This document shows, one piece after another, positions 35,334 to 44,626 of a stretch of DNA of 60,546 nt (positions are counted from its first letter, which is position 1; each line of letters begins with the position of its first letter). The notes beneath the pieces are model-generated. The model ran no database searches. It saw nothing but the letters and a program-made list of their open reading frames with translations, and was not told the DNA's origin. The stretch covers positions 1 to 60,546 of the IMG/VR virus record IMGVR_UViG_3300028024_000009. One strand, 5' to 3'. The translations under genes were made by a program, and so were the position numbers. This DNA is from a virus (lineage: Duplodnaviria > Caudoviricetes).

Positions 35334-38142
35334 GGGAAGCAAAGTATCGACTCTTGACGCGGCCCTTCAGTACGTCAAGAACAAGCTGCCGCAAACGGGC
35401 TTCTTCTCTACCCTGGACGAGCTGATCGGACAAGCTCCGTTCGAGAAGGCCCCGTTCGAGCAATGGCAGAATTATCTCAAGCCCGGCCGCACGTTCGAAC
35501 GCGAAGGCGTCCGCTTCCCCCTGAAACAGGAGGAACTAGATTATACGTTTGGTCATCCCCATGCCCAAGACCCCCACGGGGACATCTATCGTTCCCCTGA
35601 CACGGTGATGACGAAGGACGAACTGCGGGATTGGATTCGGGAACTGCGTCCGGATTTCTCATTGAAAGTGGGGGCTACCAGTCCAACTGGAGCTGCTCGA
35701 CTCAAAGACCGCTTCCCGGAGGAGTGGGAACTTGGCTATCAGAATAATCCAGATGCCCCCCTGGAAGAGGTGCGAGCAGTTCTCCCTCGGGTGGATACTG
35801 CGAGATATGGAAGCTATGCTCACGAGACCGAGTCCCCGCACTCTTATGAAGAGAGCGCAACCCGCTCGACTGATTTTGGCCCCACAAATCACGCCGACCA
35901 TTTCGGACCGGATGTAATCTCACACTCGCGTACGACGATTCAACCGACCCTGGTCAGTCCGAATACTGCCGATATGGAGGTCAACGAAAGCAGCGGCGAT
36001 GTTCGACAGCGCATGATGCGCTTGATCGAGGAGATTCAATCGGATCGCCATCAAGCTGCGGCCGAAAGGGTTCCGATAGAGATAGAGCAGTTGCGGGCCG
36101 TAGCTACTCCTGAAGAACTAGAAAACCTCGATGAGATCAGGGGACGTCCAGGGCCTCTGGGGGCCGACTGGGATGAGATCTCGGAGAAGCTCAAGGGACG
36201 AATTCCTCCCCAACGTCGAGGTTATCGGACCCCCGGACTCGAGGAAGATTTAAGACGGAGAATCAACGAGCTAGTTGAACAATCCCCAAACTCTCAGTCC
36301 CTGGACAGTCCCGGATACAAAGAATTCCTGCGTAAATGGACTCCCCTGAATGAGGGGATCTTACGGGAGATGAATGCCGTTAATGACGCACCCTTCAAGA
36401 ATCCGGCCGATTATGGACTTCTCGAATTGAAGATGCAAATGTTGAATGCCGCTAAGCAAGGACAGGACTACCTCGGGCTAGTTCGTGGTAAGGATGTCTC
36501 TGATCGTTTCTCGCAAGATGCGGGGGAAGCCGCGGGAACCTCACACATCTACGACAAGGTTTATCCGTCGGTCATGCGCAAGCTCGCGTCACAGTACGGC
36601 GCCGAAGTTCGCGACGTTCCGACTACCCTCAAATCGAGCATTGATGTCGCTACTCCTAGCATGCGAGATCTGAATCAGGAAACTATCTCAGATGCTGTCA
36701 GGATGTCTCGAGATATGGCTGACGATAGTTCAGACCCGGATGAGTATATCAACGCGCTAGATCATCTGCACGGAATCAAGGAGGAGCTGAAAGACCAAGA
36801 CCCCCACTTCGCAAAGAAGGTGGATGAGCACCTCGGGACTCTCTATAAACTGTATGATGCCGCGGTGACGGATCCTGAGATTGCGACGTCTCTAGGCCCC
36901 AAAATGGACGATGCTTGGGAGCTTCTCTCATTCAACTTGAATCAGCTGCACTTGAAATATGCTAAACAGAAGCGATTGGCCGCTGGAAGTTCCAAAGAGA
37001 ACAAGGCATTCCCGTCAATGGTATTGTCCCCCGAGGTTCGCGACCGAATCCTCAAAGCAGGAGTTCCGATTTGGGGTATGTCGGGGTTGACGGCAGGCGC
37101 GCTCGCGGGGCTCGGAGCGAATCAGGAAGAGGAGGGATTTGCCGACGGTGGAAAAGTCAAAGCGGTGATCGATGCCATCAAACGTTTCGCGCCGATGAAA
37201 GCTGAACGCGAAGAATTTCGAGCTGTCTCAGGGGGTCCGAACGCTACGCTGAAATCGTTGAGGGCGGCGCTCGAGGCTGGGCAAGCGAAACGAGACCAGC
37301 TGAAAGAGGGGATGGAAGAGACTCGACCGGACTGGATGGGACCCGTGGATAAGGCCGAGGGGGGCGAAGTGGGCGGAATCGATAGACTCAAGCAATTAGC
37401 TGAGAACGTCGGAACGGAAGACACCGTTGACCGACGCAAACGCATTCTCTCAGGGATGGCATCGCAGCTCTACGGCGTCAATCCGGACACGAACGAAGTC
37501 GAGCTGTTCGGGGGCATGTCGCTCTTGCCGAAGATTCGGTCGATTGACGAGGTTCGGGATCGCTACAAGCACTACGCCGAGACGGGCGAGGTCCCGCAGG
37601 ACGGGGGCCCCGGGCTCTTCGATGAGGTGCAGTCGATGTTCCTCGGTTCGGATCGCGCGAGCGAGGCGGATGCTCGACTCGCAGCCCTGAAGTCGCAGAT
37701 CAAGGAGAAGATGGGAATTGCAGAGCCTCAGGGGTTCCAAGAGAACTTCGACGAGGCGCTCGGTACGATGCTGGGTCAGCTCCCGGTCCCCGTCAGCCGG
37801 GGCAAGGCGGCCATCGAAGCGGCCACGAAACTCGAAAAGCTGAAGCAGATGCTGAAGGTAGCCCCCAGCGCCGTGGCCGAGTGGCTCACTCCGACCGTCG
37901 AGGCGAGCCCGGCGAACTATCTGATGGGAGCAACCGTCGGGGGCGGGCTCGGAACGCTGGCTGACACACCCCCTGAGATCGAACGGCCGATCAAGAAAGC
38001 CGAGGGAGGATCGGTCGAAGCCATCAAGCCCCTGCATGCTACCCTCGAAATGTGGAAGTCTCGGCTCTCCGAGCTGAGTTCTTCGCTTCCCTCCACACCG
38101 TCGTTCGGTGGTAATCTCGGTTTACAATCTCTGGATGAATAG
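35326..38142 (+). CDS. Large internal virion protein with polyvalent-protein-type 'EEIQSD.HQ' domain
   Basis: 'HF....I.H.R', 'IEEIQSDRHQ', 'APFK', 'AA..G.D' and 'YDK..P'. Confidence 0.7.
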   Translation: MAKGSKVSTLDAALQYVKNKLPQTGFFSTLDELIGQAPFEKAPFEQWQNYLKPGRTFEREGVRFPLKQEELDYTFGHPHAQDPHGDIYRSPDTVMTKDELRDWIRELRPDFSLKVGATSPTGAARLKDRFPEEWELGYQNNPDAPLEEVRAVLPRVDTARYGSYAHETESPHSYEESATRSTDFGPTNHADHFGPDVISHSRTTIQPTLVSPNTADMEVNESSGDVRQRMMRLIEEIQSDRHQAAAERVPIEIEQLRAVATPEELENLDEIRGRPGPLGADWDEISEKLKGRIPPQRRGYRTPGLEEDLRRRINELVEQSPNSQSLDSPGYKEFLRKWTPLNEGILREMNAVNDAPFKNPADYGLLELKMQMLNAAKQGQDYLGLVRGKDVSDRFSQDAGEAAGTSHIYDKVYPSVMRKLASQYGAEVRDVPTTLKSSIDVATPSMRDLNQETISDAVRMSRDMADDSSDPDEYINALDHLHGIKEELKDQDPHFAKKVDEHLGTLYKLYDAAVTDPEIATSLGPKMDDAWELLSFNLNQLHLKYAKQKRLAAGSSKENKAFPSMVLSPEVRDRILKAGVPIWGMSGLTAGALAGLGANQEEEGFADGGKVKAVIDAIKRFAPMKAEREEFRAVSGGPNATLKSLRAALEAGQAKRDQLKEGMEETRPDWMGPVDKAEGGEVGGIDRLKQLAENVGTEDTVDRRKRILSGMASQLYGVNPDTNEVELFGGMSLLPKIRSIDEVRDRYKHYAETGEVPQDGGPGLFDEVQSMFLGSDRASEADARLAALKSQIKEKMGIAEPQGFQENFDEALGTMLGQLPVPVSRGKAAIEAATKLEKLKQMLKVAPSAVAEWLTPTVEASPANYLMGATVGGGLGTLADTPPEIERPIKKAEGGSVEAIKPLHATLEMWKSRLSELSSSLPSTPSFGGNLGLQSLDE

Positions 38143-38144
38143 TC

Positions 38145-38435
38145 ATGCCAAGTAAGTCAGACAAGCAGCACCGCTTGATGGAAGCCGTCAAACACAATCC
38201 GAAGTTCGCGAAGAAGGTCGGCATTCCGCAATCGGTCGGAGAGGATTTCGTAGCGGCCGATAAGCGGACGGGCCGCTATGCTCGGGGCGGTAGCGTGCTA
38301 AAGGCGCTTTCAAGCCCCCGGAAGCCCGTTATGCGTCCGATCCCGGACGTACGGAGCCCCGCCGAGGAGCTACGCTCCGCAGACCGTGCTATTGCGGGGG
38401 CTCGCGACCGCTTTAAGAGGATGAGAGGGAGTTAA
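38145..38435 (+). CDS. Conserved small basic phage protein
   Basis: 'MPS.S.KQHR.M.AV.HNP.FAKKVGIPQSVG.DF..AD', plus YARGG. Confidence 0.8.
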   Translation: MPSKSDKQHRLMEAVKHNPKFAKKVGIPQSVGEDFVAADKRTGRYARGGSVLKALSSPRKPVMRPIPDVRSPAEELRSADRAIAGARDRFKRMRGS

Positions 38436-38436
38436 C

Positions 38437-38868
38437 GTGGGAATAAAAGAGACCCTGACGAGTGGGATGTCACGTGAGGTGATTATCGTGATGGTACTTC
38501 TGGCAATGACCGGACTATGGGCTTGGGCTTTCGGCAAGGTACCGATAGACGGAGAGCACGGATTCGTCATGCGTGTGACTCTCTCTGACGACGTGAAAAC
38601 TATAGTCGGCAAGGACGTTGAGGGCCTCAAGAAGCAATCTCAGGAGACGTCTCAGAAGGTGGACAATATCAAGATTGCCCTCGACCGGATCCTGGCTGAT
38701 TACTACAGCAAACGGATCAAGGACGCAACTCGTCAGCGCTGCAAGCTCCCTCTAGGAGAAATCGCGGAACGCGACCGGCTCTGGGACCAAATCAACGGCG
38801 ACGTGAACCTGTACCGCCAGTATTCGGGTGACACGAGCTACCAGCGACCGACTTGCCAGGACGTTTGA
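38437..38868 (+). CDS. Membrane-anchored protein with coiled coil (antiholin/spanin-like?)
   Basis: N-terminal TM, coiled coil, two Cys; last gene of the + strand operon. Confidence 0.55.
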   Translation: MGIKETLTSGMSREVIIVMVLLAMTGLWAWAFGKVPIDGEHGFVMRVTLSDDVKTIVGKDVEGLKKQSQETSQKVDNIKIALDRILADYYSKRIKDATRQRCKLPLGEIAERDRLWDQINGDVNLYRQYSGDTSYQRPTCQDV

Positions 38869-38994
38869 TTCGGCGCCCGACCCAGTTGTAAGGGTCACAG
38901 CGGCGCAGGCGTTCTAGTTCACTCCAGCCTGCCGCCGCTGCTTCCTTGCGATGCTGCGTCAGCGGAGCGCGTACGACCTCGGGAAGAAGTACCA

Positions 38995-39165
38995 TTACGT
39001 TGGATAGGGATATTGAATGGTGAAGGAAATCATCAGAATTCCGATAAGAATCAGGATCACCCCGAGGAGCCATGCGACCCAATCTGCGAATGATCCTTTG
39101 TCCGTAGGCCCCTGAGCGGCTCCCGCAATCCCGAAGACAATGAGGATGATGCCGACGATGATCAT
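38995..39165 (-). CDS. Small two-TM membrane protein
   Basis: MIIVGIILIVFG...WLLGVILILIGILMISF; coupled start. Confidence 0.6.
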   Translation of the reverse strand: MIIVGIILIVFGIAGAAQGPTDKGSFADWVAWLLGVILILIGILMISFTIQYPYPT

Positions 39166-39431
39166 TAGTGCTTCCTGCTCTGAACCAGCTGGATGAGCGG
39201 GGGGAGGGCCGCATCCTCTCCTACCCCTGACATATACTCGTCGATTGACGCGGTATCGGTCTCCTCCGTCCACTCAAGTAGTCTCGAGGCGAGATCGGGT
39301 CGACTACGTATGAACTCGAGCACCTGATGAGATTCCACGAACCGGGGCAGGTCTCGTGTACGAACGGGGACTCTGATCCCGGCGATTCTTTCGTACGGGA
39401 CAAAGACTGAGCTGGGGCGAGCGCGTTTCAC
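39165..39431 (-). CDS. Hypothetical protein
   Basis: Coupled ORF chain. Confidence 0.55.
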   Translation of the reverse strand: MKRARPSSVFVPYERIAGIRVPVRTRDLPRFVESHQVLEFIRSRPDLASRLLEWTEETDTASIDEYMSGVGEDAALPPLIQLVQSRKH

Positions 39432-39616
39432 TCTCGGAATGCTCCATCACGCCACGACCATTTGTTCGGCTCGTTCTCCCGGCGGAGTCGAGCCATCTCG
39501 TTGCGATCCTTTTCGGTGATCACGCGGTCGTGCGCGCAACACCCCGGACCGTACATCATGTTCCCGCGAGCGCGCTTGGCCGCGTATCCTCGATCACGCT
39601 GTTTTCGCTTTGGCAT
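39428..39616 (-). CDS. Small basic hypothetical protein
   Basis: AAGG upstream of ATG 39616. Confidence 0.5.
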   Translation of the reverse strand: MPKRKQRDRGYAAKRARGNMMYGPGCCAHDRVITEKDRNEMARLRRENEPNKWSWRDGAFRE

Positions 39617-39776
39617 CTGGCACCTTCTCTGCAACCTTACGTAGGTAGTAGTGAATTCCAACCCCAATTCCATGGGATGCTTGTATGATTCCTTCGGCGT
39701 GGAGAGCCTCGAGCACATCTGCTGCGGCCCGAAGTGTCTCACGTCGTCTCAAAACTCCCTTTTCCTCGGGTGTCAT
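39594..39776 (-). CDS. Hypothetical protein
   Basis: AAGGAG RBS. Confidence 0.55.
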   Translation of the reverse strand: MTPEEKGVLRRRETLRAAADVLEALHAEGIIQASHGIGVGIHYYLRKVAEKVPDAKAKTA

Positions 39777-40031
39777 TCAATTCTCCTTTCCGAGGATGTG
39801 GGTATCTGAAGACAGGTACGGCTCGAGATCTTTCATCGCTTTCTGAAGCGTCGGACTCCAATGGATGATCATGGTTGTAAAGTGAGGCTTCGGATCAGAG
39901 GCCTTCGCGTGAGGGTTTCCCTTCATCATCTCCTCGATGTTGACAACGAGCGGACGACCTTCTTTGAGCAGCTTGATATTCTCGTCAGTGATGACGAGGC
40001 CAAGAGTAGTTCCGGCAGCGAAGCGGATCAT
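39777..40031 (-). CDS. Hypothetical protein
   Basis: GGAGG RBS, coupled. Confidence 0.6.
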   Translation of the reverse strand: MIRFAAGTTLGLVITDENIKLLKEGRPLVVNIEEMMKGNPHAKASDPKPHFTTMIIHWSPTLQKAMKDLEPYLSSDTHILGKEN

Positions 40032-40273
40032 CGCTCATCCTCCCAAATATCGTCCGACCACGACGTCTGAGCGGCTTTAGGCGTTTTGCTTCCGACCCGA
40101 CTCCCTCGAATGCACTCGAGGACTGCTGATCCAGAAGTTCCGTCGGGGTATGTAACCTCGACGTCACCTAGCTCGCGGTCGATCCCTCGGACTTCGGCGA
40201 GTTGAAACTCATGAGAGTCCGGACCAGTTTCAACGGCAACGGTTGTGCCGATCTTCGGAAATTTCCATTTCAT
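40028..40273 (-). CDS. Small SH3/Tudor-like beta protein
   Basis: 'PKIG..V.V.......AEV.GID....VEVTY.DG'. Confidence 0.5.
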   Translation of the reverse strand: MKWKFPKIGTTVAVETGPDSHEFQLAEVRGIDRELGDVEVTYPDGTSGSAVLECIRGSRVGSKTPKAAQTSWSDDIWEDER

Positions 40274-40908
40274 TTGAGAGCCGCTCGCACTTTGGCAATA
40301 TCATCGTACGGCGCGCGAAGCCCTGCCGCCCGGAGCAGCTTGCGGAGCTTAGTCGGTTCGAGCTGCAGCTCGGCCGCAATCGTCCGGATAACGTCGGCAC
40401 CGGCCGTCCGGGCGGGCCCCGTAACCGCTTTAGGAGGAGCTACGGGCGGCGATTTCGGCTTATCCGGCTTCGGGGAGCGGGCCGGGTGCATTATCGCATC
40501 TGCGAGCTTAGCGAACCCGTCCGGGGTTGCTTTCGATTGCGGACGGACGGTCTTTGATTCGACGGATGCTTCCCCCGGCAGAATATCAGGGGGCAACGGT
40601 TCGTTATCCTCGACCCCGCCTTCAAGCGCACGCTTGAGGAAGTATTGCGCACGCAAGGTGATCCCCTTGCGCTTACCGATATCTTCGAACCGCTTGACGA
40701 ACAGATCGATGGGGTATTCCCGTCGACCGAGCCCGACCGGACCCATGACGATAGGAGCATCGTCGTGATCTTTGACCGGGATATGCGAAATCGCGCGGAT
40801 GCACGTTTCGTCGTTGATTACGGCGTGGGCTTGGTTCCGACCCCGGAAGCACAACACCGGTTTGATTGCTCTTCTCTCAATTCTCAAAAAACGGATCGAC
40901 GTTTCCAT
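40270..40908 (-). CDS. Protein with C-terminal HTH
   Basis: 'IRTIAAELQLEPTKLRKLLR'. An upstream TATAAT lies on the minus strand near 40947-40952. Confidence 0.65.
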   Translation of the reverse strand: METSIRFLRIERRAIKPVLCFRGRNQAHAVINDETCIRAISHIPVKDHDDAPIVMGPVGLGRREYPIDLFVKRFEDIGKRKGITLRAQYFLKRALEGGVEDNEPLPPDILPGEASVESKTVRPQSKATPDGFAKLADAIMHPARSPKPDKPKSPPVAPPKAVTGPARTAGADVIRTIAAELQLEPTKLRKLLRAAGLRAPYDDIAKVRAALK

Positions 40909-40985
40909 GCTGAAGACCCTTCGTTCGTTTTGTTGGACCCGCAGCTATTATAGCTCAGCTAGCGCTCGTGAAAGCGATTTTTTCT

Positions 40986-41414
40986 CTAGAGGAAAAGCTG
41001 AAACTCTTTCACCCGATCCTTGGTGAGCTTCCGCTTCTCGAGGATGACAGTGCTGTTCCTCATGAACTCCGCTCGTCCCCAGCCATTGAAGACCGGAGCG
41101 AACTTACCTCGGATCATACAGATGTGCTTCCCAATATCTGCGACAATCCAGACCGATCCCCCCAGCGCCAATTCCTCGCGAATCCAAATCATCTGGTCTC
41201 GGTTGAGACCTTCTTCTCCGAAGGGGGGGTTCTTCTTCCGAAGGAATTTCAGCTCGAGGGCTCCAGTGTGAGAGATGCCGGTCTCGTGTCTCACCGTATA
41301 GTGGACATCAGGAAACCCGGCGGAGATTCCATTCTCCACTCGGGTTGCATGGATATCGCGCGGGAGCAGTTTGTCCCGCACGTATCTCCAGAGGGCCCCA
41401 GAGCCCTCGCTCAT
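40986..41414 (-). CDS. VRR-NUC / PD-(D/E)XK nuclease (resolvase-like)
   Basis: 'RVEN....GFPD', 'LELK', 'L...Q..W' and 'GG'. Confidence 0.8.
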   Translation of the reverse strand: MSEGSGALWRYVRDKLLPRDIHATRVENGISAGFPDVHYTVRHETGISHTGALELKFLRKKNPPFGEEGLNRDQMIWIREELALGGSVWIVADIGKHICMIRGKFAPVFNGWGRAEFMRNSTVILEKRKLTKDRVKEFQLFL

Positions 41415-41743
41415 TCGATGCCCAGCGCCTTGCGAGCATCCTTCAGGGACTTGCTGCCGGGTTCCCACGCCCAGCGGCCTTCGCGCGAGAGTTCGGCGTC
41501 GCGAAGCTTGCGACGAGCCGCAGCCGTCGTAATGCCCGCCTCGCCGCAAAGCTCGGCCAGGGTGACCTTGCCGTCGCTGTCGCTCTTCGCAGCGGACTTG
41601 CCGTTCGCCTTCTTCGCAACCTTCTTCACGCTCTTCTTTGCTTTCGCCACTTTCTTCACCTTTTTGGGTTTTTCGGACGCTTCTTCCGGTTCCTTCCCGA
41701 GGTCGGTTTCAACGTCGTTGAGGGTTCGTTCGAGTTTTTCCAC
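41411..41743 (-). CDS. Lys-rich HTH DNA-binding protein
   Basis: GGAG then GTG 41743; histone-H1-like K/A tract followed by 'TLAELC.E.GI....ARRKLR......RW.W'. Confidence 0.7.
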   Translation of the reverse strand: MEKLERTLNDVETDLGKEPEEASEKPKKVKKVAKAKKSVKKVAKKANGKSAAKSDSDGKVTLAELCGEAGITTAAARRKLRDAELSREGRWAWEPGSKSLKDARKALGIE

Positions 41744-43067
41744 TTGTCGGTCTCCGTCTGTATCTGTCGAGCACCAAGCTGACAAAATCTCTCTTTCTTC
41801 GGGCTGACGCGTAAATCAACTCGTCAATCGTATCACAGGCGAGGAGATAATGAAATGATGCGAATGGCTTATGCAGGTTGAGCACCCGAAACCGCATCTG
41901 CTCATGGTTGATGTGGCTGTAGTCCCACGAGTATAGGAGGATGTGATCGGCAGCCGACATATCGACCGCGACACCGGACTGGACTTGTATGACCACCCCG
42001 TCCTCGACAAACTTATGGTTATACGGCCTCCCCCCTGAAACGACTTGAACTGTAATTCCGCGCGATTTCAATCTAGCACAGATGCGTTCGATTTCGTATA
42101 GAAATCGACACACGATCACAAACTTTTTTCTCTCGGATTTAAGCTTCCGTACGATTTTCAATAGCTTGCGGAGTTTCTCGTTGCCGACGATCTCGGGACC
42201 TTCCTCCGTATTAACGAACCCCCCGCATAGTTGCTGGAGCTTCATCGAAAGCGCAATCACAACCTTAGCTTTTACCCGCTTCTTGTTAACCTCGACCTCG
42301 AGCTTTTCCTCCAGCTCGTCGTAGAGTTCTCGAGTCGATTGGTCGAGTTCGAATTTCTCCTGAGAAAATCGCAGCATCAGCGGGCGATCCTTACCGCGAG
42401 CCTCCCGCAGGGTGATTCGATACGAGTGTCGTCGGACGATCTCGAAAAACTCTTCCTCACGCTGGGTTCCGACAACCTTGAGATTGCGCCAGCCCCCCAT
42501 GATCAAATATCGATCCTTGAATCCTTTCTCGATAATCGCTCCGGTCTGATCATCGAGCAGGGAATCGAATCTTCCAAAAACCGATGGATCCGCGAAATCG
42601 AACTGCGGCCATAGTTCGGCCGTAACCTTATCCATCGGAGTCCCGGTAAGTCCGAGACGCCATCGGGCCATCTTAGCGATATGCCGCATGGCTCGGGATA
42701 CCTGAGTACCGCGCTTGCGCATTCCTTTGTGCAGCTCGTCTCCGATGATGAAGCAGTCCGAACCGATCTCGCGCATCCTCTTGTAGTAATTTCGTCGCTT
42801 CTTACGCGAGGCAAGCTCCTCGTGATTCATGATGACGAGCTTGCATTTCCAGTCGACCTTGAGATGCTCAGCTATCTGTTTAGTCCATACGGGGATGGCA
42901 TTGATCGGGCAGATGATCCACAGATGCTTCGGCTTCCTCTTATCCACAATCGAAAGCGCGGTTAGAGTCTTGCCAGTGCGCTGCTCCATGAATAACAGGA
43001 AGCCGTCAAAAGGAAGCGCTCTTTCGAGCGCCTCCTCTTGGTACCAGTTGAGCTTGGTTCGAATCAC
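41709..43067 (-). CDS. SNF2-family helicase
   Basis: 'QRTGKT', 'DELH', 'LTGTP', 'LW.QF.F.DP' and 'KLQQL..GF'. Confidence 0.88.
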   Translation of the reverse strand: MIRTKLNWYQEEALERALPFDGFLLFMEQRTGKTLTALSIVDKRKPKHLWIICPINAIPVWTKQIAEHLKVDWKCKLVIMNHEELASRKKRRNYYKRMREIGSDCFIIGDELHKGMRKRGTQVSRAMRHIAKMARWRLGLTGTPMDKVTAELWPQFDFADPSVFGRFDSLLDDQTGAIIEKGFKDRYLIMGGWRNLKVVGTQREEEFFEIVRRHSYRITLREARGKDRPLMLRFSQEKFELDQSTRELYDELEEKLEVEVNKKRVKAKVVIALSMKLQQLCGGFVNTEEGPEIVGNEKLRKLLKIVRKLKSERKKFVIVCRFLYEIERICARLKSRGITVQVVSGGRPYNHKFVEDGVVIQVQSGVAVDMSAADHILLYSWDYSHINHEQMRFRVLNLHKPFASFHYLLACDTIDELIYASARRKRDFVSLVLDRYRRRPTSGKTRTNPQRR

Positions 43068-43828
43068 TGAAGTTCGAGAGCATCGAGCGGAACTTCCCAC
43101 TCGGTGCCTTTCTTATCCTCGACCTTCGCAACGTCGTCTTCGATATCGGTCACTGTGCCTTTGACGAGCTTGTCGTCATCGTCGGTGAACTGGACCTTCG
43201 AACCCTCCTTGATCTTTGGGGTCTTGCCGACCTTCGGATCCTTCTTGCCGGTCGGCTTCTTCGGCTTCTCCTCTTCCTCCTCGTCGTCATCGTCATCATC
43301 GCCATCCGTGTCGTCGTCATCGTCCGTGTCGTCGTCATCGTCGTCTTTCGAGGGCTTGGCCGGCTTCTTGCCAGGCTTCTTCGCGGGCTCGTCTTCTTCT
43401 TCCTCTTCGACCTCGGTCTCCTCGCCGCCGAAGCCGGTGATCCGGGCCTGGTCCTTGCCCTGGTACTTCTCGTTGGTGATCTCGCAGACGATCTCGTGGT
43501 CTTCCCCAACGAAGTCGTCCGGATCGACCTCGATCACGCCATCCGGAACGTCCATGTCCATCGTCTCCATGAGAGTCTTCAGACGCCAAAGCGCCTGCGG
43601 AGTCAGGGAGACGTTATCCCAAACGACCGCGCCGGAGTCCGGACCGGAAGTCACCTTCCAGCGGAACTTGAACATGTCGTTGCCGGTGCTCGACTCGACC
43701 AGCTCGCACGAGGTAGGATACATCTTCCAGCGACCGTCGCGACACGGACGACCGCCTCCGGATTCGACTCCCGACATATCGACCGAAACGCCGCTACCCC
43801 GCTTCTTCGGATTCTTCTTCACAACCAT
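43064..43828 (-). CDS. DUF669-like ssDNA-binding protein with acidic tail
   Basis: 'S.TGN.M....W.V..G...G..VWDN..L...ALW.LK' and a long D/E tract. Confidence 0.75.
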   Translation of the reverse strand: MVVKKNPKKRGSGVSVDMSGVESGGGRPCRDGRWKMYPTSCELVESSTGNDMFKFRWKVTSGPDSGAVVWDNVSLTPQALWRLKTLMETMDMDVPDGVIEVDPDDFVGEDHEIVCEITNEKYQGKDQARITGFGGEETEVEEEEEDEPAKKPGKKPAKPSKDDDDDDTDDDDDTDGDDDDDDEEEEEKPKKPTGKKDPKVGKTPKIKEGSKVQFTDDDDKLVKGTVTDIEDDVAKVEDKKGTEWEVPLDALELQ

Positions 43829-43831
43829 GGT

Positions 43832-44626
43832 TTACTTCCTCTTGATCTTCGAAATGGCCTCCCCTCGAGAAAGCTTCATGATCTTCTCGAAGGTAGGGTT
43901 AACGAGTACATCCGGCACGTCGACTGAGCCGGGCGGAACTCGAATCTTAGAGCGGTATGACCCGTGAGGGCCGAGCCGCATGCAATACGAAACTTCACGT
44001 TCCTTCGTCTTCTTATCCGTCCTCTCCCTGATGAACGTGTTGCCGATCACGGAAACGGCTCCGTTCATGAAATCCTCGACCGAGGGGGACAACCGAGCCC
44101 CGACGTGGGGAGCGATCTGGTTGTTTTCCCCTTCCTCGGTATCGAACGCTCGCTGGTGAGCGAGGAAAAGAATATGTTTCTCCCCGTTGAAAAGATTGCG
44201 GTAGTTGAGCAGCCACGTCTGCATCATCCCAGATAGCCGACCCCAATCGCGCTGCGTGAACGTGTCCTTCTCCTCGTAATTGTTATCCTCCCTGATCTTC
44301 TGCATGGCGATGCCCTGGAGGGAGGTGATCTGATCGAGGATGATCGTCCGATACTCGTCGTCGTCCTTCAGCTCCCAATAGACCGCTTCGAACTCCTGCC
44401 ACGTGTCGATCTCGAGGACCTTGATGTCCGGGACCTTGGCAATTGTTTCCGTTCCCTTCTCACGGAGATCGAGCAGGATGGCCGGTTTCGGGCAGGTCGA
44501 GGCGAACGCGGTCTTGCCCGTTCCGGATGCGCCATAGATCAGCATCGACGTATAGTTTTCGATCTCACCCACGGGCTTGGCTCGGTCGAGGAGCTTGCTA
44601 CTCGACTTTTTCTTTACGATTTTCAT
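43832..44626 (-). CDS. AAA_24 (Sak4-like) recombination ATPase
   Basis: 'YGASGTGKT', 'TIILD.IT.L', 'DWG' and 'LAH', flanked by exonuclease and SSB genes. Confidence 0.85.
   Translation of the reverse strand: MKIVKKKSSSKLLDRAKPVGEIENYTSMLIYGASGTGKTAFASTCPKPAILLDLREKGTETIAKVPDIKVLEIDTWQEFEAVYWELKDDDEYRTIILDQITSLQGIAMQKIREDNNYEEKDTFTQRDWGRLSGMMQTWLLNYRNLFNGEKHILFLAHQRAFDTEEGENNQIAPHVGARLSPSVEDFMNGAVSVIGNTFIRERTDKKTKEREVSYCMRLGPHGSYRSKIRVPPGSVDVPDVLVNPTFEKIMKLSRGEAISKIKRK

Noticed and set aside
43270-43410. TCGTCA/TCGTCG microsatellite-like tract
   Set aside because: Encodes the Asp/Glu tail of the DUF669 protein.
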